Source: a virus | Taxonomy: Duplodnaviria; Caudoviricetes | Length of the DNA: 57,927 nucleotides | Reading direction: 5' to 3' (one strand) | IMG/VR virus record: IMGVR_UViG_3300036773_000056 | Location: 1-57,927 of that record | Shown here: in pieces, positions 18,751-28,854 of the stretch | How the letters are laid out: every line of letters begins with the position of its first letter | How positions within the stretch are numbered: position 1 is the first letter of the stretch | Program-made: the position numbers and the translations under genes | The notes under the pieces: generated by a model | Told to the model about the DNA's origin: nothing | What the model saw: only the letters and a program-made list of their open reading frames with translations | Databases searched by the model: none

Positions 18751-19503
18751 GTGACGAGAACGCCGCGGCAGGCGTGGGAGGCCCTCAACGACCGCCAACG
18801 CGTCTACCTGCGGGTGCTGTACCGCGCCGACCAGGACGCCGAGAAAGAGCACCGCAGCGGCGGCGCCCGCGGCGACTTCGACCAGCGGCCCGCCGCCGAG
18901 TGGCGCCGCATCAGCTTCAACGCGTGGCCCTCGCCGATCCCCGACCAGCTCGCCGCCGCCGGCGTGTACGACCGGGGCGCCGGCGCCACCCTGGCCGCCC
19001 TCCGGGACCGCGGTCTGATCGAGACGGAGAACGTGCCCACCAGGGCGGGCGCCGACCTCGTTGACGTGTGGGTCACCCGCGCCGGACGCGCCGCGGCCCG
19101 GCACGGTACCGGCGACACCCCGGCCCGGCGGTCCCGCCCGCGGTGGGCAACGTCCGAATGGCTGTGGCGGGAGCTGGTCAAGGTCGGACGGTCCGAACCT
19201 GAGGGGCTGCGCGCCTCGGAGCTGTACGGCAGCGCGGACCTGTACCTTGGCGCCGGGTTCGCCGGACGGCCCGGGAACCGCCCCTACCTGCGGAAAGAAA
19301 CCGTATGGAGGCGGTACGAGGTGCGGACCTGGGACGGTGAACCCTCCGGCTGGACGTCGAAACCGGTCGACATGTACCACCTCACCGACGAGGGCCGCGC
19401 CCACTACATCGAGCGCGCCGCGGAGTACCGGGAGCTGTTTCCCGGCATCGACGCCCCCGACCTCGACGACACGCCGGAGACGAACGGAGTTGACGGCCCG
19501 TGA
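18751..19503 (+). CDS. Winged-helix-like hypothetical protein
   Basis: W..LNDRQR.YL...Y..DQ..E; GAGATLAALRDRGLI; VTRAGRAAAR. Confidence 0.7.
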   Translation: MTRTPRQAWEALNDRQRVYLRVLYRADQDAEKEHRSGGARGDFDQRPAAEWRRISFNAWPSPIPDQLAAAGVYDRGAGATLAALRDRGLIETENVPTRAGADLVDVWVTRAGRAAARHGTGDTPARRSRPRWATSEWLWRELVKVGRSEPEGLRASELYGSADLYLGAGFAGRPGNRPYLRKETVWRRYEVRTWDGEPSGWTSKPVDMYHLTDEGRAHYIERAAEYRELFPGIDAPDLDDTPETNGVDGP

Positions 19504-19566
19504 TTTTCTGACAAAATCAGTGGCAGCAGAGCTATGCCCGAACCCCCGCCGATGCGGGGGTTTTCG
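19490..19566 (+). promoter_or_regulatory. Candidate late promoter, palindrome and terminator hairpin
   Basis: TTGACG at 19490; TGATTTT-ctgac-AAAATCA at 19501-19519; hairpin cccccgc..gcggggg-tttt at about 19540-19565. Confidence 0.45.
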
Positions 19567-19643
19567 CATGTCACGGCCCTTGTCGAATCCCCGTACGGGG
19601 GTGGTTCCGATGTGACCCCCCGTGCCCGCGAGGCGGTGATCCC

Positions 19644-20162
19644 ATGGCCGCTAACGCCCCCATTTCCGATGCCGAGCGCGCGCGGATCATCGACCTCGCG
19701 CGCTCGGGCATGTCGCGGGCGGCGGTCGGCCGCGAGGTCGGCCGCGCAGCCTCGACCATCGGGAAGATCTGCGCGCGGGAGGGCATCGAGTTCGACCGGG
19801 CGCCCACCGCGGCGGCCACCTCGGCGAAGCGCGAGGACAACCGCGCGAAGCGCGCCGACCTGGAATCCCTGCTGCTCGACGACGCGCTCAGGATGCGGGC
19901 GCAGCTCTGGCAGCCGTCCAAGGTGTGGGCGTTCGGCGGCAAAGAGAACACGTACGAAGAGCACGCAGTCGACGAACCCCCGTTCGCCGACAAGCGGCTG
20001 ATCATGTCCGCGGTCGGTACCGCGATCGACAAGGCGCTCAAACTCGCGCAGGTCGACGCCGACGACGGCGCCGACGACGCCGCGAGCATGATCGGGCGTC
20101 TCGCCGAGGGCCTGAACGCCGCGTACGCACAGATGGTCGGCGACGATGCCGGCGACGCGTGA
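19644..20162 (+). CDS. terS: Terminase small subunit (N-terminal HTH)
   Basis: HTH GMSRAAVGREVGRAASTI; immediately upstream of terL. Confidence 0.75.
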   Translation: MAANAPISDAERARIIDLARSGMSRAAVGREVGRAASTIGKICAREGIEFDRAPTAAATSAKREDNRAKRADLESLLLDDALRMRAQLWQPSKVWAFGGKENTYEEHAVDEPPFADKRLIMSAVGTAIDKALKLAQVDADDGADDAASMIGRLAEGLNAAYAQMVGDDAGDA

Positions 20163-21444
20163 CGGCCTGCTCGACTCCCTGCCCCTGTCCCGCAAGCAAA
20201 TCCGGTCGGTCGTCGAGTCCGCGCAGGTCCGCACGTCGATCTGGACCGGCGCCATCCGCTCCGGGAAGACCATCGCGAGCCTGATCGCGTTCTTGATCGC
20301 CCTGGCCGCGCTCCCCCGCCGCGGCTCCGGCCTGGTCGTCATGGTCGGCCGCACGCTCCAGACGATCGAGCGGAACCTCATCGAGCCGATGCAGGACCCG
20401 CGCGTGTTCGGGCCGCTCGCCCGGCACGTGCACCACACGCCCGGCGCCGGAACCGCCGTGATCTTGGGCAGGGTCGTGCACCTGATCGGCGCGAACGACG
20501 TCCGCGCCGAAGGCCGCCTGCGCGGCCTGACCGCCTGCCTCGCATACGTCGACGAGGCCACGCTCCTGCCCGCAGGGTTCTGGTCCCAGCTCCTCGGCCG
20601 CCTCTCCGAGGCCCCGGGCCGGCTGATCGCCACCACCAACCCCGACAACCCCGCCCACTGGCTGCGCCGCGACTACATCCTGCGCGCCGGCGAGCTCAAC
20701 CTCGCGTCGTGGCACTTCACCCTCCACGACAACCCGTACCTCAGCGCCGAGTACAAGCGGGACATCGCCGCCGAGCACGTCGGCCTCTGGTACCGGCGGT
20801 TCATCGCCGGCGAATGGGTCGCCGCCGAAGGCGCGATCTTCGACATGTGGGACCCGCTGCGCCACGTGGTGAAGACCCTGCCTGCGATCTCGCGGTGGAT
20901 CGCGTGCGGCATCGACTACGGCACCACCAACCCGACCGCCGCCCTGCTCCTCGGCCTCGGCAGCGACGGACGCCTGTACCTCGCGGACGAATGGAGGTAC
21001 GACTCCCGCGCCGCACGCCGCAGCCTGACGGACGTCGAGTACTCCAAGCGCATCCGCGCGTGGCTCGCCGCTGACGGGCACCCCGGCGCCGCCGGCGCCG
21101 TCGACCCCGAGTACCTGATCGTCGACCCCTCGGCGTCCTCGTTCATCGTCCAGTTGTACGAGGACGGCGCCGTGCCGATGGCCGCGGACAACGCGGTGTT
21201 GGACGGCATCCGCACCATGGCCGGTCTTCTCGCGACCGGCCGCCTGCGGGTTCACGAACGCTGCGAGGGGCTGATCTCGGAGATTGGCGGCTACGCGTGG
21301 GACGACGACGCCGCCGCGAAGGGCGAGGACAAGCCGGTCAAGATCGCCGACCACTCGTGCGACGCCGCCCGCTACAGCCTGCACACCACGGCCGCCATGT
21401 GGCGACCCGACCTGACCAACACGATCGAAGAGGTAGCGGCATGA
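20146..21444 (+). CDS. terL: Terminase large subunit (PBSX-like)
   Basis: Walker A GAIRSGKT, YVDEA, TTNPDNP, GIDYGTTNP, DHSCDAARY. Confidence 0.95.
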   Translation: MPATRDGLLDSLPLSRKQIRSVVESAQVRTSIWTGAIRSGKTIASLIAFLIALAALPRRGSGLVVMVGRTLQTIERNLIEPMQDPRVFGPLARHVHHTPGAGTAVILGRVVHLIGANDVRAEGRLRGLTACLAYVDEATLLPAGFWSQLLGRLSEAPGRLIATTNPDNPAHWLRRDYILRAGELNLASWHFTLHDNPYLSAEYKRDIAAEHVGLWYRRFIAGEWVAAEGAIFDMWDPLRHVVKTLPAISRWIACGIDYGTTNPTAALLLGLGSDGRLYLADEWRYDSRAARRSLTDVEYSKRIRAWLAADGHPGAAGAVDPEYLIVDPSASSFIVQLYEDGAVPMAADNAVLDGIRTMAGLLATGRLRVHERCEGLISEIGGYAWDDDAAAKGEDKPVKIADHSCDAARYSLHTTAAMWRPDLTNTIEEVAA

Positions 21445-21887
21445 GCCCCGAGGACATCAGCAACCGGTTCGAGTTCCACCCGGCCGCCACGGCGGAGAAG
21501 CGCGCCGATCATGGCAGCGCCCGCGAGGCGTGCCGCGACCTCGCCGAGTACCTGAACGCGAAGCTGCCCGAGGGCCGCGAGAAGTCCGTGGTCATGACCA
21601 AGCTCGAAGAAGTCATGTTCTGGGCCAACGCCGCGATCGCCCGCCCCGCCACCTCCAAGCCGCAGAACTCCGGCACGGCCGCCCCCATCGAGGGCGAGAG
21701 CAGCCCGCGGTACGCACCCGCCGTCGAGATCCCAACCGATTCGTCCGCGTCGTCCGCGTCCGCGCGCGCACTGGAAGCGGCCAGCGCCGCCGCCGCGAAG
21801 ATCTTCGACCCCCCGGCCCGCGCTGAGACGTACCGGCGTATCGGCGAGACCTGGCACCAGATCGCCGCGGACATTCGCGGCCTGTGA
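21441..21887 (+). CDS. Acb2/Tad1-like hairpin-domain protein (nucleotide-signal sponge candidate)
   Basis: NRFEFH....R...RDLAEYLN..LPEGREKSVVMTKLEEVMFWANAAIAR. Confidence 0.65.
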   Translation: MSPEDISNRFEFHPAATAEKRADHGSAREACRDLAEYLNAKLPEGREKSVVMTKLEEVMFWANAAIARPATSKPQNSGTAAPIEGESSPRYAPAVEIPTDSSASSASARALEAASAAAAKIFDPPARAETYRRIGETWHQIAADIRGL

Positions 21888-21950
21888 GGTTCACGGCCCG
21901 CGCGTACGACCCCGACCAGCAGGAATCGCCGCTACCCGAGGGGGTGCCCG

Positions 21951-23606
21951 ATGCTCCCCGACCGTGACATGGACTGGCCGCCCCGCGACCAGCACGCCGC
22001 GCAGGCCGCGTACTGCGAATACGACGCTTGGTACTCCGGTGACCCGCTCAAACTCGCCGCCGTGTACGGGGAGGCGGGCCCGCTCCCTGGCCTCGACGTC
22101 AAGTACAGGGCGGCGCAGTTCCAGGGCGGGATCGTGGGCAGGGTCGCGCGCGCGTTCTGGGGGAACCCCCCGTCCATAAACGATCTTCGGTCGCCCAAGC
22201 TGCACGTACCGCTCGCGTCCGACATGGCCGTCACCTCCGCCGATCTCCTGTTCTCCGAACCGATCGGCGTGAACACCGAGGACGACACCACTACGGCGCG
22301 GCTCGCCGAGATCATGACGGACGGCGGCGTGCACGCCATCCTGTCCGAGGCCGCCGAGCTCGCGTCCGCGTGGGGCGGCGCGTACCTGCGCGCCGCATAC
22401 GACAAGGACGTCGCGCCGTACCCCCTCGCCGAGGCCATCACCCCCGACACCGCCATTCCCGTTTTTCAGTGGGGGCGGCTCATGTCCGTGATCTTCTGGG
22501 AGGTCGTCCACGAGGACGACAAGTCCGGTGAAGTGTGGCGCCACCTCGAAGAACACACGGTGGAGCGCGGGATCGGGATGGTGCGGCACGGCCTGTACAA
22601 GGGCAGCCGCGACCGGCTCGGTAAGCCGCAGCCCCTCGGCGAACACCCCACCACCGCCGGGTACGTGGGCACCGACACCCGGTCGGGCGTCGACGAGACG
22701 GGCGCCATGCCGACCGGCACCACCGGCCTCGCGGTCACGTACTGGCCGAACATGCGCCCCAACCGCGACCGGAAGCGGCGCCCCCTCGGCCGCTCCGACT
22801 ACGACGGGCAGATTCCGGTGCTCGACGGCCTCGACGAAACGTGGACGTCTTGGATGCGCGATCTGCGGCTCGGCAAGGGCCGCATCATCGTCCCGCACGC
22901 GTATCTGCGCAGCCTCGGCCCCGGCAAGGGCGGCTACTTCGACGCCGACCAGGAGGTGTACGCCGCGCTCAGCATGATGCCCAGCACGGACGGTGCGCCA
23001 CAGATCACGCTCAACCAGTTCGCGATCCGCGTGACCGAGCACGCCGAGACGGCTCGGGCACTGCGGTCCGAGGTGATCCGCGGCGCCGGCTACTCGGCCG
23101 CGAGCTTCGGGGACGACTCGGACGGGCCCGCGATGACCGCGACCGAGGCCGCCGCCCGAAGGTCCAGGAGCATGACGACCCGCGGTAAGAAGATCGGCTA
23201 CGCGACGTCGCCCATCGCCGACTTCCTGGGCGCCCTGCTGGAGATCGACGCCAACGTGTTCCAGTCGGGCGCGAAGCCGCAGCGGCCCACCCTGGAATGG
23301 CCCGACGCTGTAGCGCCGGACCCCGAAGCGACCGGCCGCACCCTGCAACTCATCGCCGCGGCCGAGGCCGCCAGTATCCAGACGCGCGTGGAGATCCTGC
23401 ACCCCGACTGGGACGACTCCGAGGTGCAGGAAGAGGTCGGCCGTATCCGGTCCGAGCAGGCCGGGCCCGTCACCCTCAACGGCCTCGACCCGGCCACGTA
23501 CCGGCCGGGCGTCGACGACCCGCCGCCCAACGCCCCCGCCGAGGGCGGCGGCCAGGCGCCCGCGGCCGTCGACGAGACGGCGACGGGGGCCGCGGCCGGG
23601 GGGTGA
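21951..23606 (+). CDS. Portal protein (SPP1/A118-like)
   Basis: KLHVPLA.D...SADLLFSEP; LGRSDY; MTATE; position after terL. Confidence 0.9.
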   Translation: MLPDRDMDWPPRDQHAAQAAYCEYDAWYSGDPLKLAAVYGEAGPLPGLDVKYRAAQFQGGIVGRVARAFWGNPPSINDLRSPKLHVPLASDMAVTSADLLFSEPIGVNTEDDTTTARLAEIMTDGGVHAILSEAAELASAWGGAYLRAAYDKDVAPYPLAEAITPDTAIPVFQWGRLMSVIFWEVVHEDDKSGEVWRHLEEHTVERGIGMVRHGLYKGSRDRLGKPQPLGEHPTTAGYVGTDTRSGVDETGAMPTGTTGLAVTYWPNMRPNRDRKRRPLGRSDYDGQIPVLDGLDETWTSWMRDLRLGKGRIIVPHAYLRSLGPGKGGYFDADQEVYAALSMMPSTDGAPQITLNQFAIRVTEHAETARALRSEVIRGAGYSAASFGDDSDGPAMTATEAAARRSRSMTTRGKKIGYATSPIADFLGALLEIDANVFQSGAKPQRPTLEWPDAVAPDPEATGRTLQLIAAAEAASIQTRVEILHPDWDDSEVQEEVGRIRSEQAGPVTLNGLDPATYRPGVDDPPPNAPAEGGGQAPAAVDETATGAAAGG

Positions 23607-25384
23607 TGCCGGTGGCTGACGCCGAGGTCATCGAGTCCATCGCCCGCGAGACCGCGGACCTGTACGCCGACGTCGAGCACCGGCTCGTGTCCCTGGTCGC
23701 CGAGCGCGCCCGTGCGGGCCTCGCGCAGTCGCGCACGCACGCGAGCCTCCTCGACGACCTCGCGCCGCTGCGCCGCCAGGCCGAACAGGCGTGGGACACG
23801 GCCGAGCGGGCGCTACTCGACCGGGCCCGCGACGCCGTGCACCGCGCCGCCGGCGCCGGTTCCGCCGCCGCCGAACGCGAGCTGCGGGGGTTGGCCGCGA
23901 ACGTGGTCATGCCCACCGCTCGCGGTATCGCCGCGCTCGCCGAGGAACTCGTGACCGGGCTGCGGGCGACCCGCATCCCCGTGCTGCGCGACGTGCAAGA
24001 CGTGTGGCGCGACGTCGCCGCGCGGGCCGCCGCAGGCTCGATCCTGGGGGCGCAGACGCGCCGCGACGCCACACAGACCGCCATCTCCCGGTGGGTACAG
24101 CGCGGCGTCACGGGATTCGTGGACCGCTCCGGGCGGCGGTGGAGGCTCTCCGCGTACGCGGAGATGAGCGTCCGTACGGTCACCGCCCACGCGATGGTGC
24201 AGGGCCACATGGACGCCCTGACCGCCAACGGCAAGACCCTCGTCTACGTGTCCGACAGCCCGCGTGAGTGCCCGCTGTGCCGTCCCTGGGAGGGCCAGGT
24301 GCTGCGCCTCAACGGCACGCTGGACACCGGCGGCCGGTACGCGCACGCGCTCACCGGCGCCCCCCTCGCCGTGCACGTCGCCGGCACCGTCGCCGACGCG
24401 ATGGCGGCCGGGCTGCTGCACCCGAACTGCACGCACAGCCTCAGCGCGTATCTGCCCGGGGTGACGCAGCTCGCCCCCGCGAAGTCGGACCCCGAAGGCG
24501 CCGACGCGAAAGCCCGGCAACGGGACATTGAGCGGCACCTCAGGGCGTGGAAGACGCGGAAGGCGGCGGCGCTGACCGACCGGGAACGCCGCACCGCGAC
24601 CCGGCACGTCGACGCGTGGAACGCCGAGCTGCGGCGCCACCTCGACGCCCACGACCTTAAACGGCTGCGCCACCGGGAGCGGCCCGGCGGCGGCAACACG
24701 CCGCCCCGCCCCGACCGGCCACGCGACAGCGAACCACCGACCCGCACCCGCAGCGGCCCGCGGCCCGGCGACGTCACCCCCGAACCAGTTGACCGGCTCG
24801 ACGGCATCGACCTGCACGCCCTGTCGGATGACGAGCTGGCCGAGCTGTTCGGCCGGCACGGCGACGACCCCGACGTCATGCAGCGGCTCGCGGCCGAGAT
24901 GGACCGCCGCGACACCGAGCAGCAGCAGCCGTCCGGGTTCGGTGGCGGCCCGTACGAACCCACCGCCGACGACGAGGCGATCGACCGCCTGATCGAACGC
25001 GGATACGACTGGGACGAGGCGTACGCGCAGGTCCACGGAACATCCGTGGAGGACATGCGCAATCAGGAGCGCGCCGCAGCGGTCGACGTAGACCGCATGG
25101 AGGGCGAGACGCGCCGCCAGGCCACCCGCCGGCAGTATGACGACTGGGTGTACACGCAGTACCTCGCGGCCGAGCAGGACACGCGCGGGCACCTGATCAC
25201 GCAGGCCGCCCAGACGGCGGGTATCGATCCGATCTCGTTGTTCTCCGGGCCTGCGTCGCGCGCGCGAAAATGGGCGTCTGAGGAGTTGAGGCGCTGGTGG
25301 CAGGACCATCAGCGGCTGACGTTCGACGAGTGGCAGCACGGCCGCGACCAAGGCCGCGGCGCAGGGCGGGAGTTCGGACTATGA
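23606..25384 (+). CDS. Minor capsid (MuF/A118 gp4-like) protein with C-terminal extension
   Basis: FVDRSGRRW.L..YAEM; ECPLCRPWEG; GLLHPNCTHS. Confidence 0.85.
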   Translation: MPVADAEVIESIARETADLYADVEHRLVSLVAERARAGLAQSRTHASLLDDLAPLRRQAEQAWDTAERALLDRARDAVHRAAGAGSAAAERELRGLAANVVMPTARGIAALAEELVTGLRATRIPVLRDVQDVWRDVAARAAAGSILGAQTRRDATQTAISRWVQRGVTGFVDRSGRRWRLSAYAEMSVRTVTAHAMVQGHMDALTANGKTLVYVSDSPRECPLCRPWEGQVLRLNGTLDTGGRYAHALTGAPLAVHVAGTVADAMAAGLLHPNCTHSLSAYLPGVTQLAPAKSDPEGADAKARQRDIERHLRAWKTRKAAALTDRERRTATRHVDAWNAELRRHLDAHDLKRLRHRERPGGGNTPPRPDRPRDSEPPTRTRSGPRPGDVTPEPVDRLDGIDLHALSDDELAELFGRHGDDPDVMQRLAAEMDRRDTEQQQPSGFGGGPYEPTADDEAIDRLIERGYDWDEAYAQVHGTSVEDMRNQERAAAVDVDRMEGETRRQATRRQYDDWVYTQYLAAEQDTRGHLITQAAQTAGIDPISLFSGPASRARKWASEELRRWWQDHQRLTFDEWQHGRDQGRGAGREFGL

Positions 25385-25593
25385 GCGCACCGGGCCGGTT
25401 CGCGACGGCCGCGGAGAAACGCGACGCCACAGTGGCGGGCGCGTTCGCCGCGCGCCGCGGACAGCGCCTCGCCACCTGCCCCTACCGCTTGTCTTCGAAG
25501 GCGCCCCGCGCGGCAGTGCTCGCGCAGGCGTGGGCGCGCGGATGGCTGTACGCCCGCCCGCCCGCGCGCGGGACCGTCGACTACACCAGTTGA
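25381..25593 (+). CDS. Rmf/CrpP-fold small protein
   Basis: G.FA...G.....CPY...AWARGW. Confidence 0.6.
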   Translation: MSAPGRFATAAEKRDATVAGAFAARRGQRLATCPYRLSSKAPRAAVLAQAWARGWLYARPPARGTVDYTS

Positions 25594-25679
25594 CCCGCGG
25601 CCCACCGGCCGCACACCAGCTCACACACGCGGGCGCCACCCCAACCGGGGCGGCGCCCAACGCATGTCACCACCACGAG

Positions 25680-25712
25680 AAGGGCCCCTGCCTGGTGCAG
25701 GGGCCCTTTTTT
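25680..25712 (+). terminator. Intrinsic terminator
   Basis: aagggcccctgc...gcaggggccc-tttttt. Confidence 0.8.
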
Positions 25713-25744
25713 CGTGCCCACCGAGACCCCCAGGAGGGGCCCCA

Positions 25745-26635
25745 ATGCAGGACCAGTACGAGCACATCGAGTCGACGACGCCAGGCGCGATCATCGGCCA
25801 CACCCGCCGCGGACCGATCTACCTCATCGCCGGCGGGTCCGGCGAGGGCGACGGCGGCGGCGACAACGGCGGCCAGGGCGGCGACGGCGGCAACGCTGGC
25901 GGCGCCGAGGGCGGCCAGAGCGGCGCGGACGATCAGTCGACCGGCCAGGGCGGAAGCGCTCAGGGCAACGGAGACGCCCCGGCAGGCCCGGGGGGTACCG
26001 GAGGGTCGCAGGGAGCCGCGAACGCCGGGCAGGCGCCGAATGTGGGCGCCGGTTCCGGCAGTGATCAAGGCGCCGGCAAGGACGGTGACGTGGCCAGCCT
26101 CCCCGCATGGGCGCAGAAGCTCATCAAGGACACGCGCGCCGAGGCGGGCAACGCCAGGACCACCGCGAAGGCGCAGGCCGCGCAGGTAGCGACCGACGAC
26201 ATCACGCAGAAGCTCGGCAAGGCGCTCGGCATCATCAAGGACGACGAGAAGGCGCCGACGCCTGACGAGCTCGCGAAGCAGCTCGCCGATTCCCAGGCGG
26301 ACGGCCGGTCCGCGCGCGTCGAGAACGCCGTGTTCCGGGCCGCCATCACGGCCGGGCTCGACGGTGACGCGGTGCTCGACAGCAAGACGTTCGGCAAGCA
26401 GTTCGACGGCCTCGACCCGAAGGCCGACGACTTCGCCGAGAAGGTCGCCGCGCTGATCACCAAGGCCGGCGAGAACCCCAAGTTCAAGGCGACCGCCCAG
26501 GCGGCGGCGCCCGAAGCACCCGCCCGTACGGGCGGCGAGTTCGCCGGCGGGTCCGGCGACGCCGCACCGAAGGGCGAGCCGTCGATCGATGACCTTGTCG
26601 CGGAGCGCACGAAGAAGCGCGACGGTCACCCCTGA
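25745..26635 (+). CDS. Capsid scaffolding protein
   Basis: PIYLIAGGS, Gly-rich linker, LPAWAQKLI..TRAEA..R; precedes the coat gene. Confidence 0.8.
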   Translation: MQDQYEHIESTTPGAIIGHTRRGPIYLIAGGSGEGDGGGDNGGQGGDGGNAGGAEGGQSGADDQSTGQGGSAQGNGDAPAGPGGTGGSQGAANAGQAPNVGAGSGSDQGAGKDGDVASLPAWAQKLIKDTRAEAGNARTTAKAQAAQVATDDITQKLGKALGIIKDDEKAPTPDELAKQLADSQADGRSARVENAVFRAAITAGLDGDAVLDSKTFGKQFDGLDPKADDFAEKVAALITKAGENPKFKATAQAAAPEAPARTGGEFAGGSGDAAPKGEPSIDDLVAERTKKRDGHP

Positions 26636-26658
26636 CCAGCCCAAAGGAGTAGCCCACC

Positions 26659-27609
26659 GTGGCGAACACCTTCCTCACGCCTTCCGTCATCGCACGCCAG
26701 GCCCTCGCGAACCTCTACAGCACAACCGTCATGGCCGCGCTCATGCACCGCGACTACGAACCGGAGTTCGTCGCCCACGTCGGCGACACCGTCACCATCC
26801 GCAAGCCCGCCGTTTTCGTCGGCAAGGAGTTCAACCCGTCGGCCGGCATCGAAGTGCAGGACGCGACGGAGACCGGCGTCCCGGTGCAGCTCAACCACTT
26901 CGCCGACGTCTCGTTTGCGATCACGGCCAAGCAGCGCACGTTGAATCTCCAGGACTTCAACGAGCAGTTGCTCAACCCGGCGATGGAGGCGATCTCCCAG
27001 AAGATCGACAACGACTGCATGACGGTCAGGGACGACGTCACGGCCGAGGTCGGTTCCGCGGCGGTGAACGCGGCCGGTGAGGACTACACCGGCTACAACG
27101 GCAACTACCCGTACAGCGACTCCCGCGTGCTGATCCAGGCCGGGAAGACGCTGACCATGGCGAAGGTCTCCACCACGGAGCGGCGCGTCGTGGTCGGCCC
27201 GACCACCGCGGCGTTCTGGAAGGCCGAGAAGACGTGGAGGCAGGCCAACAAGCGCGGCAGCACCGAAGGTCTGCTGGAGGCGTCCCTCGGCGACCGGGTG
27301 GCCGGGTTCGACCCGTACGAGACCCAGAACATCGGCGAGCCGGCCGGTTCACCGGCCACCGGCGCGCCGACCACTGAGGTCAACCTCGCGTTCCACCGGA
27401 CCGCGTTTGCGCTGGCTATGCGCCCGCTGGAGCTCCCGTCCGGCGCCGTGAACGCCGTGATCATGAACTACAAGGGGTTCGCGCTCCGTGTGGTCATGGA
27501 CTACGACATCACGCACAAGCAGGACATCGTCTCCATCGACACCTTGTACGGGATCAAGACCCTCGACGCGAACCGCGCGGTCCTGATCAAGGGCGCGGAC
27601 GCCGCATGA
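26659..27609 (+). CDS. Major capsid protein (P22 coat-like family)
   Basis: MANTFLTPSVIA..AL; GDTVTIRKP; NLAFHRTAFALAMRPL; SIDTLYGIKTL. Confidence 0.9.
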   Translation: MANTFLTPSVIARQALANLYSTTVMAALMHRDYEPEFVAHVGDTVTIRKPAVFVGKEFNPSAGIEVQDATETGVPVQLNHFADVSFAITAKQRTLNLQDFNEQLLNPAMEAISQKIDNDCMTVRDDVTAEVGSAAVNAAGEDYTGYNGNYPYSDSRVLIQAGKTLTMAKVSTTERRVVVGPTTAAFWKAEKTWRQANKRGSTEGLLEASLGDRVAGFDPYETQNIGEPAGSPATGAPTTEVNLAFHRTAFALAMRPLELPSGAVNAVIMNYKGFALRVVMDYDITHKQDIVSIDTLYGIKTLDANRAVLIKGADAA

Positions 27610-27917
27610 CCTGCGTCTACCGGAACGAGAACACCGGCGACGAGGTGGAGCGGGCCGAGCGATCGGCCCGCCTCGACCACCTGCCCAACTGGCACCTGAT
27701 CGGCCAGTCCGGCAGCGACGAGGACGCCCCCAACCCTGAGCCCTCCCCCGAGGGCGAGCAGGGCGACCACGGCCAGGAGGACGCGCCCGCCGAGCTCAGC
27801 GACGCGGCCCCCGTCGTGGACGTCGAGCCGGACACGGCCACAGGCGACGCCGAGCCGGTCGAGGAGACCAAGCCCGCGCCGCGCCGCAGCAACCGCAGCA
27901 AGAGCACGAAGGAGTAG
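27606..27917 (+). CDS. Small head-region protein
   Basis: YRNENTGDEVE...RLDHLPNW. Confidence 0.7.
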   Translation: MTCVYRNENTGDEVERAERSARLDHLPNWHLIGQSGSDEDAPNPEPSPEGEQGDHGQEDAPAELSDAAPVVDVEPDTATGDAEPVEETKPAPRRSNRSKSTKE

Positions 27918-27919
27918 CC

Positions 27920-28123
27920 GTGCCCAGGTACGAACACGTGAAGCGCGGGACGGTCGCCGAGGTCTCGGTGACCGTGCCCGGATCCGTCGAGGATAGGCGG
28001 CTTGCCGCCGCCGCGGCGGACCAGAAGTCGGGCTGGCGGGTCGCGAAGCCGATGCCCGGCGATCGGGTCGCGAAGGACAAGGACCCCGAGCTGGAGCCCG
28101 ACGCCGCACCGGTGGGCGGCTGA
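27920..28123 (+). CDS. Small head-region protein
   Basis: AAGGAG RBS. Confidence 0.6.
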   Translation: MPRYEHVKRGTVAEVSVTVPGSVEDRRLAAAAADQKSGWRVAKPMPGDRVAKDKDPELEPDAAPVGG

Positions 28124-28126
28124 CCG

Positions 28127-28531
28127 GTGGCGACGCCGGTCTACGCGACGGCCGCCGACCTGACCGCCTACCTCGCGCCCGAGGCCGTGCCGGACGGGGC
28201 CGCGGAGCGTCTACGGGATGCGTCCCGTGACATCTCCGTGGCCCTCCGCCTCGCGACCTATGACGTCGACGCCGCGGGGGCGCCGACCGAGCCGTACGTC
28301 ATCGAGGCGTGCCGGGACGCCGCCTGCGAGCAGGCGCTCTACCTCGCGGACGTCGACGACCGTACGGGCGCCGGCGGACGGCTCGCCTCGGCGAGCCTCG
28401 ACGGCGCCTCGTACACGTACAGCTCGGCGGCGCAGGCCGCCGCCGCATCCGGGCAGATCGAGATCGGTCCCCGCGCGCTCCAAGCCCTGACCCTCGCGGG
28501 CGTGACGCCCGCCGACCCTTGGAACCTGTAA
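28127..28531 (+). CDS. Head-tail adaptor
   Basis: YATAADL..YL...L..AS..I...DAACEQA. Confidence 0.8.
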   Translation: MATPVYATAADLTAYLAPEAVPDGAAERLRDASRDISVALRLATYDVDAAGAPTEPYVIEACRDAACEQALYLADVDDRTGAGGRLASASLDGASYTYSSAAQAAAASGQIEIGPRALQALTLAGVTPADPWNL

Positions 28532-28854
28532 TGGCGCAGCTACCGCGGCGGATGATGCCGCACCACATCACCGTCAAGCCCTACCTGGGGGAGGACGCCC
28601 GCGGCCCCGTCTACGGGCCGCCCGTGTCCGTCCGCTGCTCCCTGCGCTCGAAGCGGCGCATGGTGCGCGACCAGACCGGCGCCGAGGTCGTGTCGGAGGG
28701 CCTCGCCTCGGCGGCTCCGGACGCCGCCACGGTGGCGGTCGCCCGATCCCTGGTCACCCTCCCGGACGGCCGCGAAACGTCCGTCCTGGTGTGCAAGCCG
28801 AACGACGACGGCGGCGCCGGCGCGTGGCAGCACACCAAGATTTTCCTTGCCTGA
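28531..28854 (+). CDS. Head closure protein
   Basis: HITVKPYLGE...GPVYG...RMVRDQTGAEVVS. Confidence 0.75.
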   Translation: MAQLPRRMMPHHITVKPYLGEDARGPVYGPPVSVRCSLRSKRRMVRDQTGAEVVSEGLASAAPDAATVAVARSLVTLPDGRETSVLVCKPNDDGGAGAWQHTKIFLA

